From NCBI GenBank assembly GCA_910580105.1, contig CAJTWN010000019.1, positions 1 through 26,211 on the forward strand: DNA of 26,211 nucleotides, given 5' to 3'. The position numbers were made by a program, and so were the translations under genes. The notes below the pieces were generated by a model. That model made no database searches. It was not told the origin of the DNA and worked only from the letters and a program-made list of their open reading frames with translations. This DNA comes from an uncultured Clostridia bacterium. Its GTDB lineage: Bacteria > Bacillota > Clostridia > Monoglobales > Monoglobaceae. This document shows positions 24,178 through 26,211 of this stretch, one piece after another (within the stretch, counting starts at the first letter, position 1; the number at the start of each line of letters is the position of its first letter).

Positions 24178-26211
24178 ATGGCAAAGGAAAACAATAACCA
24201 TGCGTATCAAAAACCAAAGGAAGACATTTTTGCACTTCCGCGCCCCACGTTCCCAAAACGGGCTGTGGTTACGGGCGGTATGCCTTATGGAAACAAAAAA
24301 TTGCATTTTGGTCATGTGGGCGGCGTATTTGTGCAGGCCGATGTGCTTGCGCGGTTTTTGCGGGATCGTATTGGCAAAGACAATGTTCTCTTTGTATCCG
24401 GAACGGATTGTTATGGTTCCCCTATTGTGGAAAGCTATCGCAATCTGAAAGAGAGCGGAGAATTCACCGGCAGCATTGAAGATTTTGTGCAGATGAACCA
24501 CGAGAGCCAGAAAAAAACACTCGCCGCATATGACATTAGTTTAGATTTATTCGGCGCATCGGCCCTCGGTGCATCCGGCAAAATCCATAAGGAAATGAGT
24601 AAAGAGCTGATGGAATGCTGGTATAAGAACGGGTATCTGACCAAGATGGTCACCTCACAGTTTTATGACCCGGAAGCCGGGCAGTTTTTGAACGGCAGAC
24701 AGGTTGTCGGCAAGTGCCCGGTGGAAAACTGTAATTCGGATAAAGGTTATGCAGACGAATGCTCTATGGGCCATCAATATATGCCGGAAGACCTGATTGA
24801 CCCGAAGAGTACCCTTACCGGAAAAACGCCGGAAATGCGGGATGTAACCAACTGGTATATTGATTTGACCCGGTTTAAAGAATTGCTGGAAACCTATGTG
24901 GATGGATTGTCTGAACGGGAAGATGTCCGCCCGCTGGTGGCCAACACCATCAAAGAATTTATGATGCCGCCGATTCTCTATATCAAAAACGAATTTTTTG
25001 AAAACTATGAAGCAGTGAAAAACGAGATGCCGGCGCATACCTGTGATATGGGCGCCAATAAAACTTCTTTCGCGCTGGTCTTTAAAGACTTAGAAGAGCG
25101 GGATAAGGCGCGCCGGGTTTTGGGCGCCCATGATATTCGTTTTCGGGCGGGAAAGACGCTGGTTCCTTTCCGTCTGACCGGAAATATCGAATGGGGCGTA
25201 CCTGCGCCTGTTCTGGAGGGCGAGGATGGACTGACCATTTGGGTTTGGCCGGAATCTCTGTGGGCACCCATCTCGTTCTGCAAAACCTATTTAAAGGAAA
25301 AAGGTCTGCCGGATGATGAATGGAAAAAGTTTTGGTGCAGCAAAGATGCAAAAGTCTATCAGTTTATCGGGCAGGACAACATCTATTTTTATGGCATTGC
25401 AGAGATGGCAATGTTTATGGCGGCGCAGGGAAAAGAACCATTGACCGCAGAGCCGGAAGACGGGCAGCTCACACTGCCGACACTGGTTGCCAACAATCAT
25501 ATATTGTTTCTGAATAAAAAGGCAAGCAGCAGCGGAGCCGTCAAACCGCCGATGGCAGAAGATTTATTGGAATATTATACAGCCGAACAGCTGCGTGCGC
25601 ATTTTCTCGGCCTTGGGCTCAGTTTGAAGAGTGTAAGCTTTCAGCCCAAACCATTAAACCCGACCGCAGGAGAAAAAGACGCCGATCCAGTTGAAAAGGA
25701 GGGCAAACTCCTATGTAATGTGTTCAACCGCGTGGCACGTTCCTGTTTTTATACCGCGCAAAAGTATTGCGAAGGCAAACTTCCGATGCTGGATGTGGAT
25801 GCGGACATCCGCAAAGAGGGCGAAGAAGTAATTTTGAAATATGAACGGGCAATGTATAAGTCGGAATTCCATACCATTATGAATCTGATGGACACTTATA
25901 TCCGGAATGCAAACAAGTATTGGGCAAAAAATATTGCCGTTGCAGATAAAGAAGACAATCAGGATTTGCGGATGCAGGTGCTTACAAATGCGTTTCATAT
26001 GGTGCGGGTTGCAACCGTCCTGATGCACCCGATTGCGCCGAAAGGAACGGAACTTTTATGTTCTTATCTGAATTTTGATGAGGCATTTTGGGACTGGAAC
26101 CGGATTTTTGACACCATGAAAGACTTTACGGACGGAAAAGAACATACGCTTAAATTCTTGGAACCACGCTTCGATTTCTTTACCATGCACCGGGATGTGG
26201 AAAATATGTAA
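24178..26211 (+). CDS. metG: Methionine--tRNA ligase (E. coli-type core with zinc-knuckle insertion, no C-terminal EMAP/tRNA-binding domain)
   Basis: 677 aa, stop codon at the window end. HFGH (HIGH), QFYDPEAGQFLNGRQVVGKCPVENC...ECSMGH..LIDPKSTLTGKTPEMRD and YQFIGQDNIYFY align with E. coli MetRS. The KMSKS position reads KASSS. GGAGG RBS. It starts 15 nt after the gltX stop. Confidence 0.85.
   Translation: MAKENNNHAYQKPKEDIFALPRPTFPKRAVVTGGMPYGNKKLHFGHVGGVFVQADVLARFLRDRIGKDNVLFVSGTDCYGSPIVESYRNLKESGEFTGSIEDFVQMNHESQKKTLAAYDISLDLFGASALGASGKIHKEMSKELMECWYKNGYLTKMVTSQFYDPEAGQFLNGRQVVGKCPVENCNSDKGYADECSMGHQYMPEDLIDPKSTLTGKTPEMRDVTNWYIDLTRFKELLETYVDGLSEREDVRPLVANTIKEFMMPPILYIKNEFFENYEAVKNEMPAHTCDMGANKTSFALVFKDLEERDKARRVLGAHDIRFRAGKTLVPFRLTGNIEWGVPAPVLEGEDGLTIWVWPESLWAPISFCKTYLKEKGLPDDEWKKFWCSKDAKVYQFIGQDNIYFYGIAEMAMFMAAQGKEPLTAEPEDGQLTLPTLVANNHILFLNKKASSSGAVKPPMAEDLLEYYTAEQLRAHFLGLGLSLKSVSFQPKPLNPTAGEKDADPVEKEGKLLCNVFNRVARSCFYTAQKYCEGKLPMLDVDADIRKEGEEVILKYERAMYKSEFHTIMNLMDTYIRNANKYWAKNIAVADKEDNQDLRMQVLTNAFHMVRVATVLMHPIAPKGTELLCSYLNFDEAFWDWNRIFDTMKDFTDGKEHTLKFLEPRFDFFTMHRDVENM

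Overview
This is a 26.2-kb chromosomal window that looks Firmicutes/Clostridia-like, judging from AGGAGG-type RBSs, TTGACA/TATAAT promoters and gene content. Most of it is housekeeping or carbohydrate metabolism. On the minus strand: a GH38 alpha-mannosidase + HAD hydrolase operon, a C_GCAxxG_C_C-family gene translationally coupled to crcB, a membrane GGDEF cyclase, a TPR lipoprotein, gyrA and a YyaL/DUF255 thioredoxin-domain protein. On the plus strand: ftsK, hup (HU), tRNA-Thr(CGU), a GH3 beta-glucosidase, a secreted copper-amine-oxidase-N-domain protein and a gltX-metG pair. The one clearly accessory segment is about 2.4 kb (13918-16380) between tRNA-Thr and yyaL. It starts with a 685-bp ORF-free structured spacer. 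A 173-aa ORF follows, whose C-terminus is an unmistakable barnase-type RNase and whose N-terminus is only the last ~50 residues of a phage MuF/SPP1-gp7 head-morphogenesis domain. After that come three 91-aa barstar-family immunity genes, interleaved with two promoterless toxin 3'-end fragments. The whole forms a 3 x ~433-bp tandem array in which copies 1 and 3 are 100% identical over 311 bp and copy 2 is diverged. I read this as a stranded, rearranging polymorphic toxin/immunity cassette locus, and it is the best candidate for something unusual here. A secondary oddity is that the MetRS has KASSS where KMSKS is expected. No CRISPR array, transposase, integrase or rRNA was seen.
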